64,000 nucleotides of DNA from Candidatus Spongiisocius sp. Lineage in GTDB: Bacteria > Actinomycetota > Acidimicrobiia > Spongiisociales > Spongiisociaceae. How positions within the stretch are numbered: position 1 is the first letter of the stretch; the number at the start of each line of letters is the position of its first letter. Below the pieces are notes generated by a model. It was not told the origin of the DNA and searched no databases. It worked only from the letters and a program-made list of their open reading frames with translations. Shown piece after piece: positions 46,074 to 55,663 of the stretch. The position numbers were made by a program, and so were the translations under genes. The stretch lies in assembly GCA_965203035.1 (NCBI GenBank), contig OZ241858.1, positions 2,604,838 to 2,668,837 on the forward strand, given 5' to 3'.

Positions 46074-46487
46074 CTACCCGCTCTTGGCCGGCGCCATGTC
46101 GCGCATGATCACGAGGAAGGCGAGAGCGTGCCCGAAGATGATGTGGCCGTAGAAGCTAGCCCCCAACCCGAACTGGAACACGTCGTTTCCGGCGATGAGA
46201 GGCATGATGAGGTTGCCGCCCACGACCCACCAGATCAGACCGTAGATCAGGCCGCCCACCACGATCGTCACCAAGGGATTACCCAGCTTCACGTTGGGTA
46301 CGAATAGGGCGGTGTAGACCGCACCGATGACGGCACTGAAGATGACGTGCATAATGAAGCCTACGAAGTCGTTGGAGTTGATCATTCCGCCGACCATGTC
46401 CTGCATGCCGCCGCCTGCATAGGCGAGGAACAAGTACCCGGCCATCACACCGGGGATGACACCCCTCCTCAGGTCCTCGCTATTCAT
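46074..46487 (-). CDS. small polytopic membrane protein, family not recognised
   Basis: 137 aa with four Gly-rich hydrophobic segments. The gene is somewhat AT-richer than its neighbours. Confidence 0.65.
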   Translation of the reverse strand: MNSEDLRRGVIPGVMAGYLFLAYAGGGMQDMVGGMINSNDFVGFIMHVIFSAVIGAVYTALFVPNVKLGNPLVTIVVGGLIYGLIWWVVGGNLIMPLIAGNDVFQFGLGASFYGHIIFGHALAFLVIMRDMAPAKSG

Positions 46488-46695
46488 GCTGCTCCTTTCG
46501 GATCGCCCGTGCTACGGGTCTGGCAACATTACCTTGAGACCGGCTGGTGCACCGGCTGGTGCATTGCCTAGGCACCAGAGTTCATGCGTTCTGCATACGG
46601 TGGCGTGCCGCCTTCTCCATCCAAGGAGGACACCGTGCGAAGCGCCGGATTTTAGGAAGGAGCGGTTTTCGGCGTTCTTCGGTGGCCTGCGGGCG

Positions 46696-47655
46696 CTAGT
46701 TCTCGGCAAACCAGGAGACGGTCGCCTCGATGCCTTCCTCCAGGGAGGTACGGGGGCTCCAATCGAGATCCCGGCGCGCCCGGCCGCACTCGAGGGCGGA
46801 GCGGGGAACGTCGCCCGCACGCGGGGGTCCATGGTTCGCCCCGCCGCCGAAGCGGGCTTCGCGGGCCACCGCCTTGAACAACTCAAGGGTGCTGGTCTCG
46901 ATCCCGGTACCGATGTTGTAGACACCTCCTCCTCCCTTTTCCCCCGCCAGCACCAGGGCATCGACCACATCCTCGACGTACACGTAGTCCCTGGTGTCAT
47001 CACCGGTCCCGAAGATGGTCGGGCGGGTCCTGTCCATGCAGGCCCTGGCGAAGATCGCCACCACCCCGCCCTCGCCCGAGGAGTCCTGCCGCGGCCCGTA
47101 GATGTTGGCCGGGCGCACGACGGCGTAGTCCAGACCTCGAAGCCGCTTCCACATCTCCAGGTACTGCTCGGCCACCAACTTGGAGAGGCCGTAGGGCGAC
47201 TCCGGATGCTCGGGAGTGTCGTCGGGAGTGGGAAGCGGGGCGTCCCGGCCGTAAATGGCGCCCCCGGTGGAGACGAACACCAGCCGGGGCATCCCGGCCA
47301 GCCGCGCCGCCTCCAGCAGGTTGAGAGTGCCGGTGATGTTGATATCCGCATCCGGGCCGGGATCGGCGACGGAAGCCGCCACCGACGTCTGGGCGGCCAG
47401 ATGGAAGATCCGGTCGGGAGCAAACTTGGCGACCGCGGCGGCCAGATGCTCGGAGCGGATGTCGAGTTGATGGACGCTGACCTTCCCGAACCGGCGGGCG
47501 TCGGCCAGGCGGGAAAGGCGGCCTGCCGAAAGGTCGTCCAGCACCAGGACCTCCCAGCCGTCGGAGACCAGCCGGTCGACCAGACTCGATCCGAGAAAGC
47601 CGGCTCCCCCGGTTACTAGGGCTCGTCCCTGCGTGGGATTCCGGGTCCAGATCAT
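46696..47655 (-). CDS. NAD-dependent nucleotide-sugar epimerase/dehydratase (GalE-like)
   Basis: The start MIWTRNPTQGRALVTGGAGFLGS at 47655 overlaps the ugd stop (ATGA). YGLSK matches the catalytic YxxxK. The 524-aa track ORF is over-extended. Confidence 0.9.
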   Translation of the reverse strand: MIWTRNPTQGRALVTGGAGFLGSSLVDRLVSDGWEVLVLDDLSAGRLSRLADARRFGKVSVHQLDIRSEHLAAAVAKFAPDRIFHLAAQTSVAASVADPGPDADINITGTLNLLEAARLAGMPRLVFVSTGGAIYGRDAPLPTPDDTPEHPESPYGLSKLVAEQYLEMWKRLRGLDYAVVRPANIYGPRQDSSGEGGVVAIFARACMDRTRPTIFGTGDDTRDYVYVEDVVDALVLAGEKGGGGVYNIGTGIETSTLELFKAVAREARFGGGANHGPPRAGDVPRSALECGRARRDLDWSPRTSLEEGIEATVSWFAEN

Positions 47656-48995
47656 GCCGGAGCCGTTCCCACGCCCCGGTAGGAGAGCCCCGCTGCTCTG
47701 AACGCCGGCCCATCCAGGAGGTTGCGCGCGTCGACCACCGCCGAACCCCGCATCGCCTCCTTCACCGCCACCGGGTCCACCTGGCGGAACCGGGGCCACT
47801 CGGTCGCGACCAGCAGGACGTCGGCCCCGTCCACCGCCGCCAACGGATCTGGCACAATCTCCATCCCGAGCAGCGACAGGACGGCTCGGGGATCGTAGGC
47901 GCGGACCGCGGCGCCCTCCGAAATCAGCCTCCGGGCGAGATCGGCCGCCGGCGACTCCCGAACGTCGTCCGTCCCCGCCTTGAACGCCAGACCCCACAGG
48001 CCCACCGTCGCGCCGGACAGCGTGCCACCCACGGCCGAGGCCACCTTGCCCACGATCCGGCGTCTCTGCTCGTCGTTGACCTCCATCACGGCCCGGAGCA
48101 ACCGGAAGTCGTAGCCGTGCCCTTCCGCGATGGCCCCCAGCGCCCGCGTGTCCTTCGGCAGGCAAGATCCTCCGTAACCGGGCCCTGGATCGAGGTAGTC
48201 GGGGCCGATCCGCTGGTCGCGCCCCATTGCCTTGAGTACCTTGCCGGCGTCGGCGCCCACCTCCTCGCACAGGTTGGCTATCGAGTTCACGAAGCTGAGC
48301 CGGGTCGCCAGATAGGCATTGGCGGCGTACTTGATCATCTCCGCGGAGGCGGGATCGACCTCCTCCCGTTCTCCCGGAAGGTCGCCGTACACACCGGATG
48401 CGAGGATTTCCGCCGCCTCGGGGTCTGTCGAGCCGATGACGATCCGGTCCGGGTTGCGGAAGTCCTCCACCGCCGAGCCCTCCCGGAGGAACTCGGGATT
48501 GGACAGGACCCTCACATCCCGTTCCGCGATGGCCGGCATCTGCGAGATCCGCCGGGCAGTGCCCACCGGGACTGTGGACTTGATGGCCAGGATCGAGCCG
48601 GCCGGCAACGAGGCCGCCATGTCGGCGACCGCCCGGTCCAGGATGGAAGTATCCACCGCTCCGCCGTCGTCCGAGGGGGTGGGCAGGGCGACGAAGACCA
48701 CCGATGCGCCATCGACCGCCTCGCGGTTGGACGCGTGGAAGCTGAGCAACCCCGCAGCCCGCGCCTCGGATATGAGATCCTCCAGGTCCGGCTCGTAGAC
48801 AGGCATCCGTCCGGCCAGGAGGTCATCGAGTCGAGCGTCATCGCGCTCCCCCAGCCGAACCTCATGGCCGAGTTCGGCCAGTCCGCCCGCTTGTACGAGG
48901 CCCACGTAGCCGGCCCCGATCACCGCTATCCGCATCCTTTTCGGGTTACCTTCCCCTGCCGGCGCCTCCCCGTCTTCCGGCCCGGGACGGCTCAC
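47652..48995 (-). CDS. ugd: UDP-glucose/GDP-mannose 6-dehydrogenase family
   Basis: MRIAVIGAGYVGLV Rossmann motif and catalytic GGSCLPKD. The start is either GTG 48995 or ATG 48935. Confidence 0.9.
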   Translation of the reverse strand: MSRPGPEDGEAPAGEGNPKRMRIAVIGAGYVGLVQAGGLAELGHEVRLGERDDARLDDLLAGRMPVYEPDLEDLISEARAAGLLSFHASNREAVDGASVVFVALPTPSDDGGAVDTSILDRAVADMAASLPAGSILAIKSTVPVGTARRISQMPAIAERDVRVLSNPEFLREGSAVEDFRNPDRIVIGSTDPEAAEILASGVYGDLPGEREEVDPASAEMIKYAANAYLATRLSFVNSIANLCEEVGADAGKVLKAMGRDQRIGPDYLDPGPGYGGSCLPKDTRALGAIAEGHGYDFRLLRAVMEVNDEQRRRIVGKVASAVGGTLSGATVGLWGLAFKAGTDDVRESPAADLARRLISEGAAVRAYDPRAVLSLLGMEIVPDPLAAVDGADVLLVATEWPRFRQVDPVAVKEAMRGSAVVDARNLLDGPAFRAAGLSYRGVGTAPA

Positions 48996-48996
48996 A

Positions 48997-50418
48997 TCAA
49001 CCGCCGAGAGCCGCTTCGGCGGCCAGCGCGTCGGCGCCCAGGATCACCACCGCATCCAGACTGTCATCAACCGAGCCCGCCTCGACCAGCCCGAAGCCCA
49101 GCATTTCCACCACCTGCCGACCGATCTCGTGGTCATAAGGACGCACCCTCACCACCGTGCTGTCGAAGTCGAAGGAGGCGGCATCCCCCACTCCAACCGA
49201 TTGTGACACTCCGTCATGGCCCTCGAACCAGGCCGCCCACATCCGGGCTTGCTCGTCGCCACCGTTGCCGTTCAGTACCTTCAGCCGGAGCTCCTGCATC
49301 GGATCCGGCTCCGCGGTCGGCGCAGGCGCACCGGAGAAGGCAGCCAGAACCACGGCTGCCTCCGCCTGTCTCGGATGCAGGTAGTAGACGCCATCCTCCG
49401 TGCTCTCCCATACCGGCAACGAGTAGACGTCGATGTCCGCCCTGTTCAGGCCCCGCGCCGCCCAGCCCAGTTCCAGGAGACGCCGGGTGTCCAGACCGGC
49501 ATCAATGACCAGATGCTCGCCTGCGGCTCGGAGCACGGCCCCGATGTCGAACACGATCGACCAACGCTTGGCGGACTCCAGCATGGCGAACAGCAGGCTC
49601 TGCTGCCGGCGGATCCTGCCCAGGTCGTTGGCGTCGATGCTGACCCAGGCGTTGCCCCGGCGCTCCTGGTAACCCCGGGACCTGGCGTAGGCCAGCGCCT
49701 CCTTACCGTCCAGGAGTTGAACGCCCGCGTCGACGTCGAGACCCGACTTGAGGTCACGGGCCGGATAGGCGAAGGTGATCTCGACTCCGCCCAGCGCGTC
49801 GACGATGCTGGCGAACCCGTAGAAGTCCATCTGGACGTAGTGGTCGATCTGGACTCCGGTCAGTTCCTCGACCGTCGAGACCATCAGGTCGGCCCCGCCC
49901 AGAGCCAGGGCGGCATTCAGCTTGGACGTCCCGTACTCGCCGAGATCGACCTGCAGGTCACGGGGCAGGCTGAGAACCCTGGCCCTGTCGCCGTCGAGGG
50001 TGGCGAGCATGATCACATCGGCCCGGTTGCCGTCCAGCCGGTCGTTGATCTCCAGTTCGTCGGGGAGGCCCTCACGGGTGTCTCCCCCGATCACCAGAAA
50101 GGTGACCGGTGGCAGGGGTTCGGCCGGCACCTCTTCAGCGGCAGCGGCACCTGGGTCGGTAGGGACGGTGGAACCGGCCGGGATGGTCGTGGAGGGCGCC
50201 ACCGGCGTGACGGGCGCCGGATCCCGGGCCAGGCTCGGGATTGAGGTGGTCGGAATGGCCTCGATGGCCTCCCGAGCGCCCACCAGGTAGTAGAGAATCC
50301 CCCCGAACACCACCACATTGACAGCCACCAGGCCGATGATGAGCCGCATCCACCGCCGTCGGGTCGGTGAGGGCACGGGCGCGGTAACGCTGTCCTTGGT
50401 GGGATCTTCGCTGGTCAT
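48997..50418 (-). CDS. LytR-CpsA-Psr (LCP) family cell-wall glycopolymer ligase
   Basis: 473 aa with an N-terminal TM segment, an LCP core (FLVIGGDTR ... DVIMLATLD ... SLPRDL) and a C-terminal LytR_C-like domain. Confidence 0.9.
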   Translation of the reverse strand: MTSEDPTKDSVTAPVPSPTRRRWMRLIIGLVAVNVVVFGGILYYLVGAREAIEAIPTTSIPSLARDPAPVTPVAPSTTIPAGSTVPTDPGAAAAEEVPAEPLPPVTFLVIGGDTREGLPDELEINDRLDGNRADVIMLATLDGDRARVLSLPRDLQVDLGEYGTSKLNAALALGGADLMVSTVEELTGVQIDHYVQMDFYGFASIVDALGGVEITFAYPARDLKSGLDVDAGVQLLDGKEALAYARSRGYQERRGNAWVSIDANDLGRIRRQQSLLFAMLESAKRWSIVFDIGAVLRAAGEHLVIDAGLDTRRLLELGWAARGLNRADIDVYSLPVWESTEDGVYYLHPRQAEAAVVLAAFSGAPAPTAEPDPMQELRLKVLNGNGGDEQARMWAAWFEGHDGVSQSVGVGDAASFDFDSTVVRVRPYDHEIGRQVVEMLGFGLVEAGSVDDSLDAVVILGADALAAEAALGG

Positions 50419-50451
50419 GGGAAGGTCAGACGATATTACCCGCGCCGGCCG

Positions 50452-50640
50452 TCAGCCACAGCACGTGTCCATGGAAGAGCCCGACCAGGGATGATCCGAC
50501 CTAGCCACCTCGCCGACGATCTCGCCCTTCCGTCCCCGGCAGTCCGGACACACCCAAGCCTTCGGCACGCTGGCGCCCTCCACGACCAGCGTCCGGTATT
50601 CGTGACCGCAGTCAGGACAGGCGATTACCAGGACCGGCAC
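50452..50640 (-). CDS. small zinc-ribbon protein (FmdB-like, 2 x CxxC)
   Basis: A GTG at 50640 is preceded by GGAGGA. The product is VPVLVIACPDCGHEY...VCPDCRG. It overlaps the 3' end of the upstream lyase gene by 29 nt. Confidence 0.55.
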   Translation of the reverse strand: MPVLVIACPDCGHEYRTLVVEGASVPKAWVCPDCRGRKGEIVGEVARSDHPWSGSSMDTCCG

Positions 50641-52168
50641 GGCTTCCTCCCTGGTCGTTTGCTTGACCCTCTGCCAAGGCGTCGGCTTCGGCGAGTAGAG
50701 ACTCCACGGCTGCATCCTGGGCGATTCTCGAGGCTGCCGCCCACTCTAGGGAATCCCGGACCCTTAACGACACCGAGGCACAGTGCTCCAGCACGCGGTG
50801 TGGCGCCGATCCACCGATCGAGTTGCGGGAGGCGACGATGGCCGCGACATCCTCGGTGTCCGGGGCGGCCATCGTCGGATCGGTTCGGCCCGGTTCCATC
50901 CCGGCGGAACGGACCGCCTCGGCCAGGCGTGTAGCCGTCACCCGCTCCTCCCCCGCCCTGACCGCTTCCGCCACCGCCCGGGCCACGACCCGGTAGGCGG
51001 TCCGGTAGTCCACACCCTGGTCCAGGACCAGCCGGTCGGCCAGGTCCGTGGCGTTGGTGAAGTTCGTCCCGGCCGCAGCGGCCAGCTTCGCGACGTCGAC
51101 CTTGAGCGAGCCGACAACCTCGGTCGCCAGGGACACCAGCCGGGTGGCCAGTTCTGTCGCCCCGACCACCTCCCCGTACAGGTAGAGCCAGTTGTCGGTG
51201 CGGGCGGACGGAGTTCGCTGGGTAACCATCAAGCCGGTCGTCTTACCGATCAGGGTGCCGCATCCGCCGCGGATCACCGCCAAGGCATAGGGGTTGCGCT
51301 TCTGCGGGAGGAGCACCGAGGCCCGCGACGACGATCCTCCCAGCGTCACGTAGCCGAACTGCGGGCTGGCGAAGATCTCAAGATCCTCTGCCAGGCGATC
51401 GACCGCCAGTGCTGACTGCATCGCCGCAACCCCGCAGTCGATCATCGGATCGCCGGACCACATGCCATCCCGGATATGGGCGGTGGGCTGTTCGAACCCC
51501 AGCCTGGCGGCCATGCGCGACCGGTCCACCGGGATCGGCGTCCCGCCGACACCTCCCGATCCGGCCGGTGATTGGTTGACCAGCCGGTAACAACGGCGGA
51601 TACGGTCGAGGTTCCTGGCCCCCGGCTCGGCGAATCCGGCCAGATAGTGCCCGAATGAGGACGGCTGGGCGGGCTGCAGATAGGTCGTGTCGTTCCACAG
51701 CACATCAGCCAGCTCCTCGGACCGGAGCGCCAGCACGTCAGTCCATCCGGCAACCGCGTCGTGGAGCGCCAGGAGCCGTTCCCGGAGCGCCAAGCGGATG
51801 GCGATACGCCCTGCTTCCCGCCTGGTTCGGCCGGTAGGGAGCCACCCGGCCCCGGTGCCCAGCCGGCGTTCGAGCTCGCGTTCACGGCTGTTGTAGGCGT
51901 CCCCGTACGCCGGGTCATAGGGGAAGGCAGCCGGGTCGGTCGCCCTAAAGTCGAGCAGTTCCCGGCACAGCGCCGCCGCTGCAGCCCTCGGCACCACCCC
52001 CGACTCGGCCAGCTCGAGAACATGGCCGAGGTCGGCCAGGCACAGTCCCTCGTGGAGGATGGCGGCATCCGCCACCTCGAGGCGGTAACCGGCCGCGACC
52101 AATTCCGGGGACGGGCCTGATCCGAGCCGTCCCTCCGCTCCCAGATAGCCTTCCGGCGGCGGGATCAT
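50612..52168 (-). CDS. argininosuccinate-lyase-like member of the aspartase/fumarase (lyase I) superfamily
   Basis: The start MIPPPEGY at 52168 forms an ATGA overlap with the upstream gene. The signature-loop variant is SSRASVLLPQKRNP. The 644-aa track ORF is over-extended. Confidence 0.85.
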   Translation of the reverse strand: MIPPPEGYLGAEGRLGSGPSPELVAAGYRLEVADAAILHEGLCLADLGHVLELAESGVVPRAAAAALCRELLDFRATDPAAFPYDPAYGDAYNSRERELERRLGTGAGWLPTGRTRREAGRIAIRLALRERLLALHDAVAGWTDVLALRSEELADVLWNDTTYLQPAQPSSFGHYLAGFAEPGARNLDRIRRCYRLVNQSPAGSGGVGGTPIPVDRSRMAARLGFEQPTAHIRDGMWSGDPMIDCGVAAMQSALAVDRLAEDLEIFASPQFGYVTLGGSSSRASVLLPQKRNPYALAVIRGGCGTLIGKTTGLMVTQRTPSARTDNWLYLYGEVVGATELATRLVSLATEVVGSLKVDVAKLAAAAGTNFTNATDLADRLVLDQGVDYRTAYRVVARAVAEAVRAGEERVTATRLAEAVRSAGMEPGRTDPTMAAPDTEDVAAIVASRNSIGGSAPHRVLEHCASVSLRVRDSLEWAAASRIAQDAAVESLLAEADALAEGQANDQGGSRAGPGNRLS

Positions 52169-53112
52169 GCCGCCGAACTCCCGCAGAACAGGTTGAGGGT
52201 GCCGCCGGTGACCAGGAACAGGACGGTCCCCTCCACCTCGCCGGCCCGCCGGATCAGGTCTGCAAGGGCGCTGGAACCGTATTCCGGATCGAGGAAGACA
52301 CCCTCGGTGCGCGCCATCATTCCGGCGGCGGCGTCCAAGCCGGCAGGATCGGGATCCAGCTGGTCGTGGATCCGCCACCGGACCGGGTACCGGTGCGCCA
52401 CGTCCAGGAGATCGAGGGATGCCTCGGATATCTCCTCGATGCGCCGCCGACACTCCTCTACGGGCCGATGCACCGCCGCACCCACCACCAGCGGTCCGCC
52501 GGCCCGCCGCCGGTAACCGGCCACCAGGCCGGCCATCGTGCCGCACGACCCCGCCGCCAGCCAGACTGCGTTTGGCCTGATTCCCGCCCTGCGCACCTGG
52601 CCGTCGATCTCCTCGACGGCGTCCACGTATCCCAGCGCCCCGACCGGGCCGGCACCGCCCCTGCCCACCACGTACGGGCGCCGGCCCTCACCGAGCAGGC
52701 GCTCCTCCACCCGTTGCAGGAGCGGGTCGACCGAGGAGCGAACCGGGCTCCTCGTGAAGCGGATCCGGAGGTTGCCCAGCCGGTCGAGCAGGTCAACGCC
52801 GCTGGTCCCGGCCGGCGGCCGGTCCCCGAACAGCACCACCTCGCAGTCCAGGCCTCGGGCGGCCGCCGCGGCCGCCGCGGTAAGTACCCAGTTGGATCGC
52901 GGCCCTCCCCCGGTGACGAATACATCGGCCCCGGCCGCGCGGCAGGCGCCCATATGGAACTCGATCGCCCGAGCCTTGTTACCGCCCAGACCCACGCCGG
53001 TGAGGTCATCGCGCTTGAGCCAGACCGTCAGGCCGAGTTCCTCGGAGAGCCGGGGCGCGAACGTCAAGGGCGTCGGCAGGTTGGCAAGGGCGATCCTGGC
53101 CGGAGCCTTCAA
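52165..53112 (-). CDS. PLP-dependent enzyme of the ACC deaminase / D-cysteine desulfhydrase family
   Basis: 315 aa with LANLPTPL and LKRDDLTGVGLGGNKARAIEF (PLP Lys). Confidence 0.85.
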   Translation of the reverse strand: MKAPARIALANLPTPLTFAPRLSEELGLTVWLKRDDLTGVGLGGNKARAIEFHMGACRAAGADVFVTGGGPRSNWVLTAAAAAAARGLDCEVVLFGDRPPAGTSGVDLLDRLGNLRIRFTRSPVRSSVDPLLQRVEERLLGEGRRPYVVGRGGAGPVGALGYVDAVEEIDGQVRRAGIRPNAVWLAAGSCGTMAGLVAGYRRRAGGPLVVGAAVHRPVEECRRRIEEISEASLDLLDVAHRYPVRWRIHDQLDPDPAGLDAAAGMMARTEGVFLDPEYGSSALADLIRRAGEVEGTVLFLVTGGTLNLFCGSSAA

Positions 53113-54455
53113 CCCGCCGCCCTTATCACCCGATCCACGAACAGGGGGGCTGCACCCATCACCCGGTCGAGGTCCGCCTGCTCCTCGATCTCCGAGCGGT
53201 TCAGGTGGGCCGGAACCCGGGGATCGCTCATCAGCGCATCGGCGAACGACAGCCCTTCCCCGACTCCTCGCATAGCCGCCTCGTAAACGATGTCGTGGGC
53301 GGTGTGCTTACCGACCCGATCGGCCAGCAACCGCATCACCGGCTCGGCGAACACGAAGCCGCGCCGAGCGTCGATGTTGGCCCGCATCCGCTCCTCATCG
53401 GCTTCCAGTCCCTCCACCAGCATCACCGCGTAGCGGGTGGCCGACAGGGTCAGGGCGGCGGCATCCGGAAGGGCGATCCATTCGGCCTTCCAGGCTCGGC
53501 CGTCCCGCTCGTGGAGCTGGACCATCGCCTCGGTCATCACGGCTGCGTCAGCCCGCACCAGCCGGGCGAGGGTGTCCAGGTGCTCCGACAACTCCGGGTT
53601 GCGCTTCTGGGGCATGGTGATGCTCCCCACCGTTCCCTCGATGAAGGGCTCGCGGACCTCACCTATCTCCAGGCGTTGCAGCTCCATGATCTCGTTGCCG
53701 ATCTTGGCGATGGTGGTGGCCACCATCGCGAGCAGGTGTACGAACTCGGCCGGTCCGTCCCGGCTGGTGATCCAGGGTATTGAGGGGACGCCCAAGCCCA
53801 TCCGGCGGGCGAAGGCATCCAGCAGATCGATGGCTCGGTCGCCCCAGAACTCCAGGGTTCCGAGCGCGCCACCCAGCTGGACCACTTCCCACCGGTGCCG
53901 CCCCTCCGCCAGCCTCCGGCGGTGCCGGCCCAGCTCGGCCGCCCACACGGCCGTCTTGAAGCCGAACGGGATGGGCAGTCCCGGCTGGGCGTGGGTACGA
54001 CCCATCATCGGGGTGGTGCGATGGTCACGCGCCAGCACCAGAGCGGCGGCCTCGAGACGGGCCAGATCCCGTTCCAGCAGATCACCGACGGATCGCATCA
54101 CCGTCGCGGTCCAGGTGTCGGTGAGGTCCTGGACCGTCGCTCCGTAGTAGACCCACTCGCGGGCGGACGGCGGGAGGGTGGCCCGCAACACCCGGATGAG
54201 GCCCAGGGTGGAGTGGCCGGTGGCCCGGGTCTCCGCTGCGATCCGATCCAGGTCGATCTCGCCTTCGGTGGCGTAGTCCCTGATGCACCCGGCGGCCTCC
54301 GCGGGGACCAGACCTACCTCGGCCTGCGCCTCGGCGAGCGTGGCGAGGATGTCGAGCCAGGCCCGGAAGCGGGCTTCCTCCCCCAGCAGGGATCGGGCCT
54401 CCTCGGTGCTCCACAGATGCCCGTAGACGACCGAGTCGCCCAGGTGGATGCTCAT
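53109..54455 (-). CDS. adenylosuccinate lyase / 3-carboxymuconate cycloisomerase-like lyase I superfamily enzyme
   Basis: The start MSIHLGDSVVYG at 54455 forms an ATGA overlap with the upstream gene. GRTHAQPG is present, and the signature loop is GSITMPQKRNPELSE. Confidence 0.85.
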   Translation of the reverse strand: MSIHLGDSVVYGHLWSTEEARSLLGEEARFRAWLDILATLAEAQAEVGLVPAEAAGCIRDYATEGEIDLDRIAAETRATGHSTLGLIRVLRATLPPSAREWVYYGATVQDLTDTWTATVMRSVGDLLERDLARLEAAALVLARDHRTTPMMGRTHAQPGLPIPFGFKTAVWAAELGRHRRRLAEGRHRWEVVQLGGALGTLEFWGDRAIDLLDAFARRMGLGVPSIPWITSRDGPAEFVHLLAMVATTIAKIGNEIMELQRLEIGEVREPFIEGTVGSITMPQKRNPELSEHLDTLARLVRADAAVMTEAMVQLHERDGRAWKAEWIALPDAAALTLSATRYAVMLVEGLEADEERMRANIDARRGFVFAEPVMRLLADRVGKHTAHDIVYEAAMRGVGEGLSFADALMSDPRVPAHLNRSEIEEQADLDRVMGAAPLFVDRVIRAAG

Positions 54456-55360
54456 CCGACGGGGACCGGCGCCTCGACACCCGCCAGCAGCCGTAAGGCC
54501 TGCCTCACCTCGTCGAGATTGGCTCCCCAGGGCACCACCGCCCGGTTGCCGTCGAAATCCATACCCCGCTCCAGCATGCAGCACTTGATGAGCCATCGGC
54601 CGTCAGGGTCGGCCTCCTCTACCCGGCGCCTGGGGCAGATGTCGACCTGGGGCGGCTCGCTGCCGTAGAAGTGACGGTGAAACTGCATCGAGCGCTCGCA
54701 TCCGATCATCACCCACTCCTCGGCGGCAGCCGGACGGGTGTCGAGGTACGCCGTGTCGGCGGCCAACTCGGTGCCCGCTCCCCGGCACGGAAGGAGGTAG
54801 GACTCCGACGGTGCAGTGGCCGCCAGGTCGCCGAAGGTCACCTCGTTGAGCACCAGATCCACCGGCGGTAGGTCCTCGTCGAACTCCACCGCTTGCTGGG
54901 CCTGGACCAGCAACTTGGCCGGCGCCGGCGGGGTGACTTCGGTGACGAAGATGCGCACCGGGTCAGGCTCCCAGATGAAGTTGATGTGCTCGAACTGGCC
55001 CTTTACCACGAACCCGGAGACACCGGGGCGTCCGTGACGTCTCGCCGCACCGGCCAGCGCGGTGGCATTCCCCACGTCGACTGCGGGGGCTTCGATGAGT
55101 TGGGTGCGGTCCGGACCCGACCAGACCTCGACACCCACCACGGGCACGAACAGGTCGTCGGACCGGGCCCGGGCTACCGACGCCAGGCCCACGGCTTCGT
55201 CGTGGATGAGGGCGATGTAGTCGGTGCGCCGGTAGACCTCCCGGCCCATGAGATACTCCCGCATGAAGGCGGGGTCCGGTAGCTCGTCGACGTGCTGGAC
55301 CGACAACCCCCGGTAGGGGTGGGCGCGGGCGTTCGGTGAGGGTTGCTCGGCTACCAGCAT
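54452..55360 (-). CDS. orphan 302-aa protein with C-terminal Cys-rich module; first gene of the coupled lyase/PLP operon
   Basis: An ORF with good coding composition. The C-terminal third carries LLPCRG, IGCERS, DICPRR and IKCCMLERG. No family recognised. Confidence 0.65.
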   Translation of the reverse strand: MLVAEQPSPNARAHPYRGLSVQHVDELPDPAFMREYLMGREVYRRTDYIALIHDEAVGLASVARARSDDLFVPVVGVEVWSGPDRTQLIEAPAVDVGNATALAGAARRHGRPGVSGFVVKGQFEHINFIWEPDPVRIFVTEVTPPAPAKLLVQAQQAVEFDEDLPPVDLVLNEVTFGDLAATAPSESYLLPCRGAGTELAADTAYLDTRPAAAEEWVMIGCERSMQFHRHFYGSEPPQVDICPRRRVEEADPDGRWLIKCCMLERGMDFDGNRAVVPWGANLDEVRQALRLLAGVEAPVPVG

Positions 55361-55444
55361 GCCATCACGGTCCGGATGCGCAACGCATGCGGTGATTCTA
55401 GGAGCATCACGTCCCCTCCCGTCGGCGCCGCCCTCCGCCGAGAT

Positions 55445-55663
55445 CTACGTATGGGATAGTGACTGGAACGCCGAGAGCAGAATCGCTGTCGCGATGCCGA
55501 CAACACCTACCACAATGCCCAACATCCAGTAGGTCGATATGGTGATCCGCCGCTCGACGGTGAGCAGGGCGTCGGCTATGGCCGTTCGGTTGTCGGCCTT
55601 CACCACTTCGTCCTTGGCGTCTACCAACTCTCGGAACCCTTCCGGATATGACTTGGCCGTCAT
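55445..55663 (-). CDS. small single-pass membrane protein
   Basis: 72 aa. The polar N-terminal half is followed by one TM segment (WMLGIVVGVVGIATAILLSAF). Confidence 0.45.
   Translation of the reverse strand: MTAKSYPEGFRELVDAKDEVVKADNRTAIADALLTVERRITISTYWMLGIVVGVVGIATAILLSAFQSLSHT

Noticed and set aside
46696-48270. Over-extended track ORFs: 46696..48270, 50612..52546, 53109..54596, 57383..58552, 57836..59734 and 44191..45198.
   Set aside because: The N-terminal extensions are Arg/Gly/Pro-rich nonsense overlapping the upstream gene. Internal starts give canonical N-termini (Rossmann GxGxxG and the like). They often form ATGA/GTGA overlaps or have a GGAGG a few nt upstream, so the shorter coordinates were used.
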